Assembly: GCA_964016885.1 (NCBI GenBank)
Contig: OZ024743.1
Location: forward strand, 144,398,001-144,462,000
Source of the DNA: Eledone cirrhosa
Taxonomy: Eukaryota
Length of the DNA stretch: 64,000 nt
Direction: 5' to 3'
This document shows, in pieces, positions 15,001 through 30,000 of this stretch. Both the position numbers and the translations under genes were made by a program. Position 1 is the first letter of the stretch. Every line of letters begins with the position of its first letter. The notes below the pieces were generated by a model, which saw nothing but the letters and a program-made list of their open reading frames with translations, ran no database searches and had not been told where the DNA came from.

Positions 15001-18000
15001 ATGGCCTGGTAGACCTCAAACTACAGTATAAATGGACTGGTAGACCTCACACTACAGTATAAATGGAGTGGTAGACCTGACACTACAGTATAAATGGCCT
15101 GGTAGACCTCACACTACAGTATAAATGGACTGGTAGACCTCACACTACAGTATAAATGGAGTGGTAGTCCTCACACTACAGTATAAATGGCCTGGTAGAC
15201 CTCACACTACAGTATAAATGGACTGGTAGACCTCACACTACAGTATAAATGGCCTGGTAGACCTCACACTCCAGTATAAATGGACTGGTAGACCTCACAC
15301 TACAGTATAAATGGCCTGGTAGACATCACACTACAGTATAAATGGACGGGTAGACCTGACACTACAGTATAAATGGACAGGTAGTCCTCACACTACAGTA
15401 TAAATGGACTGGTAGACCTCACACTACAGTATAAATGGACTGGTAGACCCCACACTACAGTATAAATGGACTGGTAGACCTCACACTACAGTATAAATGG
15501 ACTGGTAGACCTGACACTACAGTATAAATGGCCTGGTAGACCTCAAACTACAGTATAAATGGACTGGTAGACCTCACACTACAGTATAAATGGAGTGGTA
15601 GACCTGACACTACAGTATAAATGGACTGGTAGTCCTCACACTACAGTATAAATGGACTGGTAGACCTCACACTACAGTATAAATGGACTGGTAGACCTGA
15701 CACTACAGTATAAATGGACTGGTAGACCTGACACTACAGTATAAATGGCCTGGTAGACCTGACACTACAGTATAAATGGCCTGGTAGACCTCACACTACA
15801 GTATAAATGGACTGGTACACCGGACACTCCAGTATAAATGGACTGGTAGACCTGACACTACAGTATAAATGGACTGGTAGACCGGACACTACAGTATAAA
15901 TGGAGTGGTAGACCTCACACTACAGTATAAATGGACTGGTAGACCGGACACTGCAGTATAAATGGACTGGTAGACCTCACACTACAGTATAAATGGACTG
16001 GTACACCGGACACTACAGTATAAATGGCCTGGTACACCTCAAACTACAGTATAAATGGACTGGTAGACCTAACACTACAGTATAAATGGAGTGGTAGACC
16101 TGACACTCCAGTATAAATGGACTGGTAGACCTGACACTACAGTATAAATGGACTGGTAGACCTCACACTACAGTATAAATGGACTGGTAGACCTGACACT
16201 ACAGTATAAATGGCCTGGTAGACCTGACACTACAGTATAAATGGCCTGGTAGACCTCACACTACAGTATAAATGGACTGGTACACCGGACACTCCAGTAT
16301 AAATGGACTGGTACACCTGACACTACAGTATAAATGGACTGGTAGACCGGACACTACAGTATAAATGGAGTGGTAGACCTCACACTACAGTATAAATGGA
16401 CTGGTAGACCGGACACTGCAGTATAAATGGACTGGTAGACCTCACACTACAGTATAAATGGCCTGGTAGACCTCAAACTACAGTATAAATGGACTGGTAG
16501 ACCTGACACTACAGTATAAATGGTCTGCTAGACCTCACACTACAGTATAAATGGACTGGTAGACCGGACACTACAGTATAAATGGTCTGGTAGACCTCAC
16601 AATACAGTATAAATGGACTGGTAGACCTGACACTACAGTATAAATGGACTGGTAGTCCTCACACTACAGTATAAATGGACTGGTAGACCTGACACTACAG
16701 TATAAATGGTCTGGTAGACCTCACACTACAGTATAAATGGACTTGTAGACCTCACACTACAGTATAAATGGACTGGTAGACCTCACAATACAGTATAAAT
16801 CGACTGGTAGACCGGACACTACAGTATAAATGGACTGGTAGTCCTCACACTACAGTATAAATGGACTGGTAGACCTGACACTACAGTATAAATGGCCTGG
16901 TAGACCTGACACTACAGTATAAATGGCCTGGTAGACCTGACACTACAGTATAAATGGTCTGGTAGACCTCACACTACAGTATAAATGGACTTGTAGACCT
17001 CACACTACAGTATAAATGGACTGGTAGTCCTCACACTACAGTATAAATGGACTGGTAGTCCTCACACTACAGTATAAATGGCCTGGTAGACCGGACACTA
17101 CAGTATAAATGACCTGGTAGACCTCACACTACAGTATAAATGGACTGGTAGACCTCATACTACAGTATAAATGGACTGGTAGACCTCACACTACAGTATA
17201 AATGGACTGGTACACCGGACACTCCAGTATAAATGGACTGGTAGACCTCACACTACAGTATAAATGGACTGGTAGACCTCACACTACAGTATAAATGGCC
17301 TGGTAGACCTCACACTACAGTATAAATGGACTGGTAGACCTCACACTACAGTATAAATGGACTGGTACACCGGACACTCCAGTATAAATGGACTGGTAGA
17401 CCTCACACTACAGTATAAATGGACTGGTAGACCTCACACTACAGTATAAATGGACTGGTAGACCTCACACTACAGTATAAATGGACTGGTAGACCTCACA
17501 CTACAGTATAAATGGCCTGGTAGACCTCACAATAAAGTATAAATGGACTGGTAGTCCTCACACTACAGTATAAATGGCCTGGTAGACCCCACACTACAGT
17601 ATAAATGGACTGGTAGTCCTCACACTACAGTATAAATGGCCTGGTAGACCTCACACTACAGTATAAATGAAATGGTAGACCTCACACTACAGTATAAATG
17701 GACTGGTAGTCCTCACACTACAATATAAATGGCCTGGTAGACCTCACACTACAGTATAAATGGACTGGTAGACCTCACACTACAGTATAAATGGACTGGT
17801 AGTCCTCACACTACAGTATAAATGGCCTGGTAGACCTCACACTACAGTATAAATGGACAGGTAGACCTCACACTACAGTATAAATGGAGTGGTAGACCTC
17901 ACACTACAGTATAAATGGCCTGGTAGACCTCACACTACAGTATAAATGGACTGGTAGACCTCACACTACAGTATAAATGGACTGGTAGACCTCACACTAC

Positions 18001-21000
18001 AGTATAAATGGACTGGTAGACCTGACACTACAGTATAAATGGCCTGGTAGACCTCAAACTACAGTATAAATGGACTGGTAGACCTCACACTACAGTATAA
18101 ATGGAGTGGTAGACCTGACACTACAGTATAAATGGCCTGGTAGACCTCACACTACAGTATAAATGGACTGGTAGACCTCACACTACAGTATAAATGGAGT
18201 GGTAGTCCTCACACTACAGTATAAATGGCCTGGTAGACCTCACACTACAGTATAAATGGACTGGTAGACCTCACACTACAGTATAAATGGCCTGGTAGAC
18301 CTCACACTCCAGTATAAATGGACTGGTAGACCTCACACTACAGTATAAATGGCCTGGTAGACATCACACTACAGTATAAATGGACGGGTAGACCTGACAC
18401 TACAGTATAAATGGACAGGTAGTCCTCACACTACAGTATAAATGGACTGGTAGACCTCACACTACAGTATAAATGGACTGGTAGACCCCACACTACAGTA
18501 TAAATGGACTGGTAGACCTCACACTACAGTATAAATGGACTGGTAGACCTGACACTACAGTATAAATGGCCTGGTAGACCTCAAACTACAGTATAAATGG
18601 ACTGGTAGACCTCACACTACAGTATAAATGGAGTGGTAGACCTGACACTACAGTATAAATGGACTGGTAGTCCTCACACTACAGTATAAATGGACTGGTA
18701 GACCTGACACTACAGTATAAATGGACTGGTAGACCTGACACTACATTATAAATGGCCTGGTAGACCTGACACTACAGTATAAATGGCCTGGTAGACCTCA
18801 CACTACAGTATAAATGGACTGGTACACCGGACACTCCAGTATAAATGGACTGGTAGACCTGACACTACAGTATAAATGGACTGGTAGACCGGACACTACA
18901 GTATAAATGGAGTGGTAGACCTCACACTACAGTATAAATGGACTGGTAGACCGGACACTGCAGTATAAATGGACTGGTAGACCTCACACTACAGTATAAA
19001 TGGACTGGTACACCGGACACTACAGTATAAATGGCCTGGTAGACCTCAAACTACAGTATAAATGGACTGGTAGACCTCACACTACAGTATAAATGGACTG
19101 GTAGACCTCACACTACAGTATAAATGGACTGGTACACCGGACACTCCAGTATAAATGGACTGGTAGACCTCACACTACAGTATAAATGGACTGGTAGACC
19201 TCACACTACAGTATAAATGGACTGGTACACCGGACACTCCAGTATAAATGGACTGGTACACCTGACACTACAGTATAAATGGACTGGTAGACCTCACACT
19301 ACAGTATAAATGGACTGGTAGACCTGACACTACAGTATAAATGGCCTGGTAGACCTGACACTACAGTATAAATGGCCTGGTAGACCTCACACTACAGTAT
19401 AAATGGACTGGTACACCGGACACTCCAGTATAAATGGACTGGTACACCTGACACTACAGTATAAATGGACTGGTAGACCGGACACTACAGTATAAATGGA
19501 GTGGTAGACCTCACACTACAGTATAAATGGACTGGTAGACCGGACACTGCAGTATAAATGGACTGGTAGACCTCACACTACAGTATAAATGGCCTGGTAG
19601 ACCTCAAACTACAGTATAAATGGACTGGTAGACCTAACACTACAGTATAAATGGAGTGGTAGACCTGACACTCCAGTATAAATGGACTGGTAGACCTGAC
19701 ACTACAGTATAAATGGTCTGCTAGACCTCACACTACAGTATAAATGGTCTGGTAGACCTCACAATACGGTATAAATGGCCTGGTAGACCGGACACTACAG
19801 TATAAATGGACTGGTAGTCCTCACACTACAGTATAAATGGACTGGTAGACCTGACACTACAGTATAAATGGCCTGGTAGACCTGACACTACAGTATAAAT
19901 GGCCTGGTAGACCTGACACTACAGTATAAATGGTCTGGTAGACCTCACACTACAGTATAAATGGACTTGTAGACCTCACACTACAGTATAAATGGACTGG
20001 TAGTCCTCACACTACAGTATAAATGGACTGGTAGTCCTCACACTACAGTATAAATGGCCTGGTAGACCGGACACTACAGTATAAATGACCTGGTAGACCT
20101 CACACTACAGTATAAATGGACTGGTAGACCTCATACTACAGTATAAATGGACTGGTAGACCTCACACTACAGTATAAATGGACTGGTACACCGGACACTC
20201 CAGTATAAATGGACTGGTAGACCTCACACTACAGTATAAATGGACTGGTAGACCTCACACTACAGTATAAATGGCCTGGTAGACCTCACACTACAGTATA
20301 AATGGACTGGTAGACCTCACACTACAGTATAAATGGACTGGTACACCGGACACTCCAGTATAAATGGACTGGTAGACCTCACACTACAGTATAAATGGAC
20401 TGGTAGACCTCACACTACAGTATAAATGGACTGGTAGACCTCACACTACAGTATAAATGGACTGGTAGACCTCACACTACAGTATAAATGGCCTGGTAGA
20501 CCTCACAATAAAGTATAAATGGACTGGTAGTCCTCACACTACAGTATAAATGGCCTGGTAGACCTCACACTACAGTATAAATGGACTGGTAGTCCTCACA
20601 CTACAGTATAAATGGCCTGGTAGACCTCACACTACAGTATAAATGAAATGGTAGACCTCACACTACAGTATAAATGGACTGGTAGTCCTCACACTACAGT
20701 ATAAATGGCCTGGTAGACCTCACACTACAGTATAAATGGACTGGTAGACCTCACACTACAGTATAAATGGACTGGTAGTCCTCACACTACAGTATAAATG
20801 GCCTGGTAGACCTCACACTACAGTATAAATGGACAGGTAGACCTCACACTACAGTATAAATGGAGTGGTAGACCTCACACTACAGTATAAATGGCCTGGT
20901 AGACCTCACACTACAGTATAAATGGACTGGTAGACCTCACACTACAGTATAAATGGACTGGTAGACCTGACACTACAGTATAAATGGCCTGGTAGACCTC

Positions 21001-24000
21001 AAACTACAGTATAAATGGACTGGTAGACCTCACACTACAGTATAAATGGAGTGGTAGACCTGACACTACAGTATAAATGGCCTGGTAGACCTCACACTAC
21101 AGTATAAATGGACTGGTAGACCTCACACTACAGTATAAATGGAGTGGTAGTCCTCACACTACAGTATAAATGGCCTGGTAGACCTCACACTACAGTATAA
21201 ATGGACTGGTAGACCTCACACTACAGTATAAATGGACTGGTAGTCCTCACACTACAGTATAAATGGCCTGGTAGACCTCACACTCCAGTATAAATGGACT
21301 GGTAGACCTCACACTACAGTATAAATGGCCTGGTAGACATCACACTACAGTATAAATGGACGGGTAGACCTGACACTACAGTATAAATGGACAGGTAGTC
21401 CTCACACTACAGTATAAATGGACTGGTAGACCTCACACTACAGTATAAATGGACTGGTAGACCCCACACTACAGTATAAATGGACTGGTAGACCTCACAC
21501 TACAGTATAAATGGACTGGTAGACCTGACACTACAGTATAAATGGCCTGGTAGACCTCAAACTACAGTATAAATGGACTGGTAGACCTCACACTACAGTA
21601 TAAATGGAGTGGTAGACCTGACACTACAGTATAAATGGACTGGTAGTCCTCACACTACCGTATAAATGGACTGGTAGACCTCACACTACAGTATAAATGG
21701 ACTGGTAGACCTCACACTACAGTATAAATGGACTGGTAGACCTGACACTACAGTATAAATGGCCTGGTAGACCTGACACTACAGTATAAATGGCCTGGTA
21801 GACCTCACACTACAGTATAAATGGACTGGTACACCGGACACTCCAGTATAAATGGACTGGTAGACCTGACACTACAGTATAAATGGACTGGTAGACCGGA
21901 CACTACAGTATAAATGGAGTGGTAGACCTCACACTACAGTATAAATGGACTGGTAGACCGGACACTGCAGTATAAATGGACTGGTAGACCTCACACTACA
22001 GTATAAATGGACTGGTACACCGGACACTACAGTATAAATGGCCTGGTAGACCTCAAACTACAGTATAAATGGACTGGTAGACCTAACACTACAGTATAAA
22101 TGGAGTGGTAGACCTGACACTCCAGTATAAATGGACTGGTAGACCTGACACTACAGTATAAATGGACTGGTAGACCTCACACTACAGTATAAATGGACTG
22201 GTAGACCTGACACTACAGTATAAATGGCCTGGTAGACCTGACACTACAGCATAAATGGCCTGGTAGACCTCACACTACAGTATAAATGGACTGGTACACC
22301 GGACACTCCAGTATAAATGGACTGGTACACCTGACACTACAGTATAAATGGACTGGTAGACCGGACACTACAGTATAAATGGAGTGGTAGACCTCACACT
22401 ACAGTATAAATGGACTGGTAGACCGGACACTGCAGTATAAATGGACTGGTAGACCTCACACTACAGTATAAATGGCCTGGTAGACCTCAAACTACAGTAT
22501 AAATGGACTGGTAGACCTAACACTACAGTATAAATGGAGTGGTAGACCTGACACTCCAGTATAAATGGACTGGTAGACCTGACACTACAGTATAAATGGA
22601 CTGGTAGACCTCACACTACAGTATAAATGGACTGGTAGACCTCACACTACAGTATAAATGGACTGGTAGACCTCACACTACAGTATAAATGGACTGGTAC
22701 ACCGGACACTCCAGTATAAATGGACTGGTAGACCTCACACTACAGTATAAATGGACTGGTAGACCTCACACTACAGTATAAATGGACTGGTAGACCTCAC
22801 ACTACAGTATAAATGGACTGGTAGACCTCACACTACAGTATAAATGGACTGGTAGACCTGACAATACAGTATAAATGGCCTGGTAGACCTGACACTACAG
22901 TATAAATGGACTGGTAGACCTGACACTACAGTATAAATGGCCTGGTAGACCGGACACTACAGTATAAATGGCCTGGTAGACCTCACACTACAGTATAAAT
23001 GGACTGGTACACCGGACACTCCAGTATAAATGGACTGGTAGACCTGACACTACAGTATAAATGGACTGGTAGACCGGACACTACAGTATAAATGGCCTGG
23101 TAGACCTCAAACTACAGTATAAATGGTCTGGTAGACCTCACACTACAGTATAAATGGAGTGGTAGACCTGACACTCCAGTATAAATGGACTGGTAGACCT
23201 GACACTACAGTATAAATGGACTGGTAGACCGGACACTACAGTATAAATGGCCTGGTAGACCGGACACTACAGTATAAATGGCCTGGTAGACCTCACACTA
23301 GAGTATAAATGGACTGGTACACCGGACACTCCAGTATAAATGGACTGGTAGACCTGACACTACTGTATAAATGGACTGGTAGACCGGACACTACAGTATA
23401 AATGGCCTGGTAGACCTCAAACTACAGTATAAATGGACTGGTAGACCTCACACTACAGTATAAATGGAGTGGTAGACCTGACACTCCAGTATAAATGGAC
23501 TGGTAGACCTGACACTACAGTATAAATGGACTGGTAGACCTCACACTATAGTATAAATGGACTGGTAGACCTCACACTACAGTATAAATGGACTGGTAGA
23601 CCTCACACTACAGTATAAATGGACTGGTACACCGGACACTCCAGTATAAATGGACTGGTAGACCTCACACTACAGTATAAATGGACTGGTAGACCTCACA
23701 CTACAGTATAAATGGAATGGTAGACCTCACACTACAGTATAAATGGACTGGTAGCCCTCACACTACAGTATAAATGGACTGGTAGACCTGACACTACAGT
23801 ATAAATGGCCTGGTAGACCTCACACTACAGTATAAATGGACTGGTAGACCTCACACTACAGTATAAATGGACTGGTAGACCTGACACTACAGTATAAATG
23901 GACTGGTAGACCTGACACTACAGTATAAATGGACTGGTAGACCGGACACTACAGTATAAATGGACTGGTAGACCTCACACTACAGTATAAATGGAGTGGT

Positions 24001-27000
24001 AGACCTGACACTCCAGTATAAATGGACTGGTCGACCTGACACTACAGTATAAATGGACTGGTAGACCTGACACTACAGTATAAATGGACTGGTAGACCTC
24101 ACACTACAGTATAAATGGACTGGTAGACCTCACACTACAGTATAAATGGACTGGTAGACCTCACACTACAGTATAAATGGCCTGGTAGACCTCACACTAC
24201 AGTATAAATGGACTGGTAGACCTGACACTACAGTATAAATGGACTGGTAGTCCTCACACTACAGTATAAATGGACTGGTAGACCTCACACTACAGTATAA
24301 ATGGACTGGTAGACCTGACACTACAGTATAAATGGACTGGTAGACCTCACACTACAGTATAAATGGACTGGTAGACCTGACACTACAGTATAAATGGACT
24401 GGTAGACCTCACACTACAGTATAAATGGCCTGGTAGACCTCACACTACAGTATAAATGGACTGGTAGACCTCACACTACAGTATAAATGGACTGGTAGAC
24501 CTCACACTACAGTATAAATGGACTGGTAGACCGCACACTACAGTATAAATGGACTGGTAGACCTCACACTACAGTATAAATGGACTGGTAGACCGCACAC
24601 TACAGTATAAATGGACTGGTAGACCTCACACTAAAGTATAAATGACCTGGTAAACCGGACACTACAGTATAAATGGACTGGTAGACCTCACACTACAGTA
24701 TAAATAGACTGGTAGACCTCACACTACAGTATAAATGGACTGGTAGACCGCACACTACAGTATAAATGGACTGGTAGACCTCACACTACAGTATAAATGG
24801 TCTGGTAGACCGGACACTACAGTAAAAATGGACTGGTAGACCGGACACTACAGTATAAATGGACTGGTAGACCTCACACTACAGTATAAATGGCATGGTA
24901 GACCTCACACTACAGTACAAATGGACTGGTAGACCTCAAACTACAGTATAAATGGACTGGTACACCGGACACTACAGTATAAATGGACTGGTAGTCCTCA
25001 CACTACAGTATAAATAGCCTGGTAGACCTCAAACTACAGTATAAATGGACTGGTAGACCTCACACTACAGTATAAATGACCTGGTAGACCTCAAACTACA
25101 GTATAAATGGACTGGTAGTCCTCACACTACAGTATAAATGGACTGGTAGACCTCACACTACAGTATAAATGGCCTGGTAGACCTCACAGTACAGTATAAA
25201 TGGCCTGGTAGACCTCACACTACAGTATAAATGGCCTGGTAGACCTCACAGTACAGTATAAATGGCCTGGTAGACCTGACACTACAGTATAAATGGCCTG
25301 GTAGACCGGACACTACAGTATAAATGGTCTGCTAGACCTCACAGTACAGTATAAATGGCCTGGTAGACCTGACACTACAGTATAAATGGCCTGGTAGACC
25401 GGACACTACAGTATAAATGGTCTGCTAGACCTCACACTACAGTATAAATGGCCTGGTAGACCTGACACTACAGTATAAATGGCCTGGTAGACCGGACACT
25501 ACAGTATAAATGGTCTGCTGGACCTCACACTACAGTATAAATGGACTGGTAGACCTGACACTACAGTATAAATGGCCTGGTAGACCTCACACTACAGTAT
25601 AAATGCCCTGGTAGACCTCACACTACAGTATAAATGGCCTGGTAGACCTCACACTACAGTATAAATGGCCTGGTAGACCTGACACTACAGTATAAATGGT
25701 CTGCTAGACCTCACACTACAGTATAAATGGACTGGTAGACCTGACACTACAGTATAAATGGCCTGGTAGACCGGAACTACAGTATAAATGGTCTGGTAGA
25801 CCTCACAATACAGTATAAATGGACTGGTAGACCTGACACTACAGTATAAATGGCCTGGTAGACCGGACACTACAGTATAAATGGACTGGTAGTCCTCACA
25901 CTACAGTATAAATGGACTGGTAGACCTGACACTACAGTATAAATGGCCTGGTAGACCAGACACTACAATATAAATGACCTGGTAGACCTGACACTACAGT
26001 ATAAATGGCCTGGTAGACCTGACACTACAGCATAAATGGTCTGGTAGACCTCACACTACAGTATAAATGGACTTGTAGACCTCACACTACAGTATAAATG
26101 GACTGGTAGTCCTCACACTACAGTATAAATGGACTGGTAGTCCTCACACTACAGTATAAATGGCCTGGTAGACCGGACACTACAGTATAAATGACCTGGT
26201 AGACCTCACACTACAGTATAAATGGACTGGTAGACCTCATACTACAGTATAAATGGACTGGTAGACCTCACACTACAGTATAAATGGACTGGTACACCGG
26301 ACACTCCAGTATAAATGGACTGGTAGACCCCACACTACAGTATAAATGGACTGGTAGACCTCACACTACAGTATAAATGGCCTGGTAGACCTCACACTAC
26401 AGTATAAATGAAATGGTAGACCTCACACTACAGTATAAATGGACTGGTACACCTGACACTCCAGTATAAATGGACTGGTAGACCTCACACTACAGTATAA
26501 ATGGACTGGTAGACCTCACACTACAGTATAAATGGCCTGGTAGACCTCACACTACAATATAAATGGCCTGGTAGACCTCACACTACAGTATAAATGGCCT
26601 GGTAGACCTCACACTACAGTATAAATGGACTGGTAGACCTCACACTACAGTATAAATGGACTGGTAGACCTCACACTACAGTATAAATGGCCTGGTAGAC
26701 CTCACAATAAAGTATAAATGGACTGGTAGTCCTCACACTACAGTATAAATGGCCTGGTAGACCTCACACTACAGTATAAATGGACTGGTAGTCCTCACAC
26801 TACAGTATAAATGGCCTGGTAGACCTCACACTACAGTATAAATGAAATGGTAGACCTCACACTACAGTATAAATGGACTGGTAGTCCTCACACTACAGTA
26901 TAAATGGCCTGGTAGACCTCACACTACAGTATAAATGGACTGGTAGACCTCACACTACAGTATAAATGGACTGGTAGTCCTCACACTACAGTATAAATGG

Positions 27001-30000
27001 CTTGGTAGACCTCACACTACAGTATAAATGGACAGGTAGACCTCACACTACAGTATAAATGGAGTGGTAGACCTCACACTACAGTATAAATGGCCTGGTA
27101 GACCTCACACTACAGAATAAATGGACTGGTAGACCTCACACTACAGTATAAATGGAGTGGTAGACCTCACACTACAGTATAAATGGCCTGGTAGACCTCA
27201 CACTACAGAATAAATGGACTGGTAGACCTCACACTACAGTATAAATGGAGTGGTAGTCCTAACACTACAGTATAAATGGCCTGGTAGACATCACACTACA
27301 GTATAAATGGACTGGTAGACCTCACACTACAGTATAAATGGACTGGTAGTCCTCACACTACAGTATAAATGGCCTGGTAGACCTCACACTCCAGTATAAA
27401 TGGACTGGTAGACCTCACACTACAGTATAAATGGCCTGGTAGACATCACACTACAATATAAATGGACGGGTAGACCTGACACTACAGTATAAATGGACAG
27501 GTAGTCCTCACACTACAGTATAAATGGACTGGTAGACCTCACACTACAGTATAAATGGACTGGTAGACCTCACACTACAGTATAAATGGACTGGTAGACC
27601 TGACACTACAGTATAAATGGCCTGGTAGTCCTCAAACTACAGTATAAATGGACTGGTAGACCTCACACTACAGTATAAATGGAGTGGTAGACCTGACACT
27701 ACAGTATAAATGGACTGGTAGTCCTCACACTACAGTATAAATGGACTGGTAGACCTCACACTACAGTATAAATGGACTGGTAGACCTCACACTACAGTAT
27801 AAATGGACTGGTAGACCTGACACTACAGTATAAATGGCCTGGTAGACCTGACACTACAGTATAAATGGCCTGGTAGACCTCACACTACAGTATAAATGGA
27901 CTGGTACACCGGACACTCCAGTATAAATGGACTGGTAAACCTGACACTTCAGTATAAATGGACTGGTAGACCGGACACTACAGTATAAATGGAGTGGTAG
28001 ACCTCACACTACAGTATAAATGGACTGGTAGACCGGACACTGCAGTATAAATGGACTGGTAGACCTCACACTACAGTATAAATGGACTGGTACACCGGAC
28101 ACTACAGTATAAATGGCCTGGTAGACCTCAAACTACAGTATAAATGGACTGGTAGACCTAACACTACAGTATAAATGGAGTGGTAGACCTGACACTCCAG
28201 TATAAATGGACTGGTAGACCTGACACTACAGTATAAATGGACTGGTAGACCTCACACTACAGTATAAATGGACTGGTAGACCTGACACTACAGTATAAAT
28301 GGCCTGGTAGACCTGACACTACAGTATAAATGGCCTGGTAGACCTCACACTACAGTATAAATGGACTGGTACACCGGACACTCCAGTATAAATGGACTGG
28401 TAGACCTGACACTACAGTATAAATGGACTGGTAGACCGGACACTACAGTATAAATGGAGTGGTAGACCTCACACTACAGTATAAATGGACTGGTAGACCG
28501 GACACTGCAGTATAAATGGACTGGTAGACCTCACACTACAGTATAAATGGACTGGTACACCGGACACTACAGTATAAATGGCCTGGTAGACCTCAAACTA
28601 CAGTATAAATGGACTGGTAGACCTAACACTACAGTATAAATGGAGTGGTAGACCTGACACTCCAGTATAAATGGACTGGTAGACCTGACACTACAGTATA
28701 AATGGACTGGTAGACCTCACACTACAGTATAAATGGACTGGTAGACCTCACACTACAGTATAAATGGACTGGTAGACCTCACACTACAGTATAAATGGAC
28801 TGGTACACCGGACACTCCAGTATAAATGGACTGGTAGACCTCACACTACAGTATAAATGGACTGGTAGACCTCACACTACAGTATAAATGGACTGGTAGA
28901 CCTCACACTACAGTATAAATGGACTGGTAGACCTCACACTACAGTATAAATGGACTGGTAGACCTGACAATACAGTATAAATGGCCTGGTAGACCTGACA
29001 CTACAGTATAAATGGACTGGTAGACCTGACACTACAGTATAAATGGCCTGGTAGACCGGACACTACAGTATAAATGGCCTGGTAGACCTCACACTACAGT
29101 ATAAATGGACTGGTACACCGGACACTCCAGTATAAATGGACTGGTAGACCTGACACTACAGTATAAATGGACTGGTAGACCGGACACTACAGTATAAATG
29201 GCCTGGTAGACCTCAAACTACAGTATAAATGGACTGGTAGACCTCACACTACAGTATAAATGGAGTGGTAGACCTGACACTCCAGTATAAATGGACTGGT
29301 AGACCTGACACTACAGTATAAATGGACTGGTAGACCGGACACTACAGTATAAATGGCCTGGTAGACCGGACACTACAGTATAAATGGCCTGGTAGACCTC
29401 ACACTACAGTATAAATGGACTGGTACACCGGACACTCCAGTATAAATGGACTGGTAGACCTGACACTACAGTATAAATGGACTGGTAGACCGGACACTAC
29501 AGTATAAATGGCCTGGTAGACCTCAAACTACAGTATAAATGGACTGGTAGACCTCACACTACAGTATAAATGGAGTGGTAGACCTGACACTCCAGTATAA
29601 ATGGACTGGTAGACCTGACACTACAGTATAAATGGACTGGTAGACCTCACACTACAGTATAAATGGACTGGTAGACCTCACACTACAGTATAAATGGACT
29701 GGTAGACCTCACACTACAGTATAAATGGACTGGTACACCGGACACTCCAGTATAAATGGACTGGTAGACCTCACACTACAGTATAAATGGACTGGTAGAC
29801 CTCACACTACAGTATAAATGGAATGGTAGACCTCACACTACAGTATAAATGGACTGGTAGTCCTCACACTACAGTATAAATGGACTGGTAGACCTCACAC
29901 TACAATATAAATGGACTGGTAGACCTCACACTACAGTATAAATGGACTGGTAGACCTCACACTACAGTATAAATGGACTGGTAGACCTCACACTACAGTA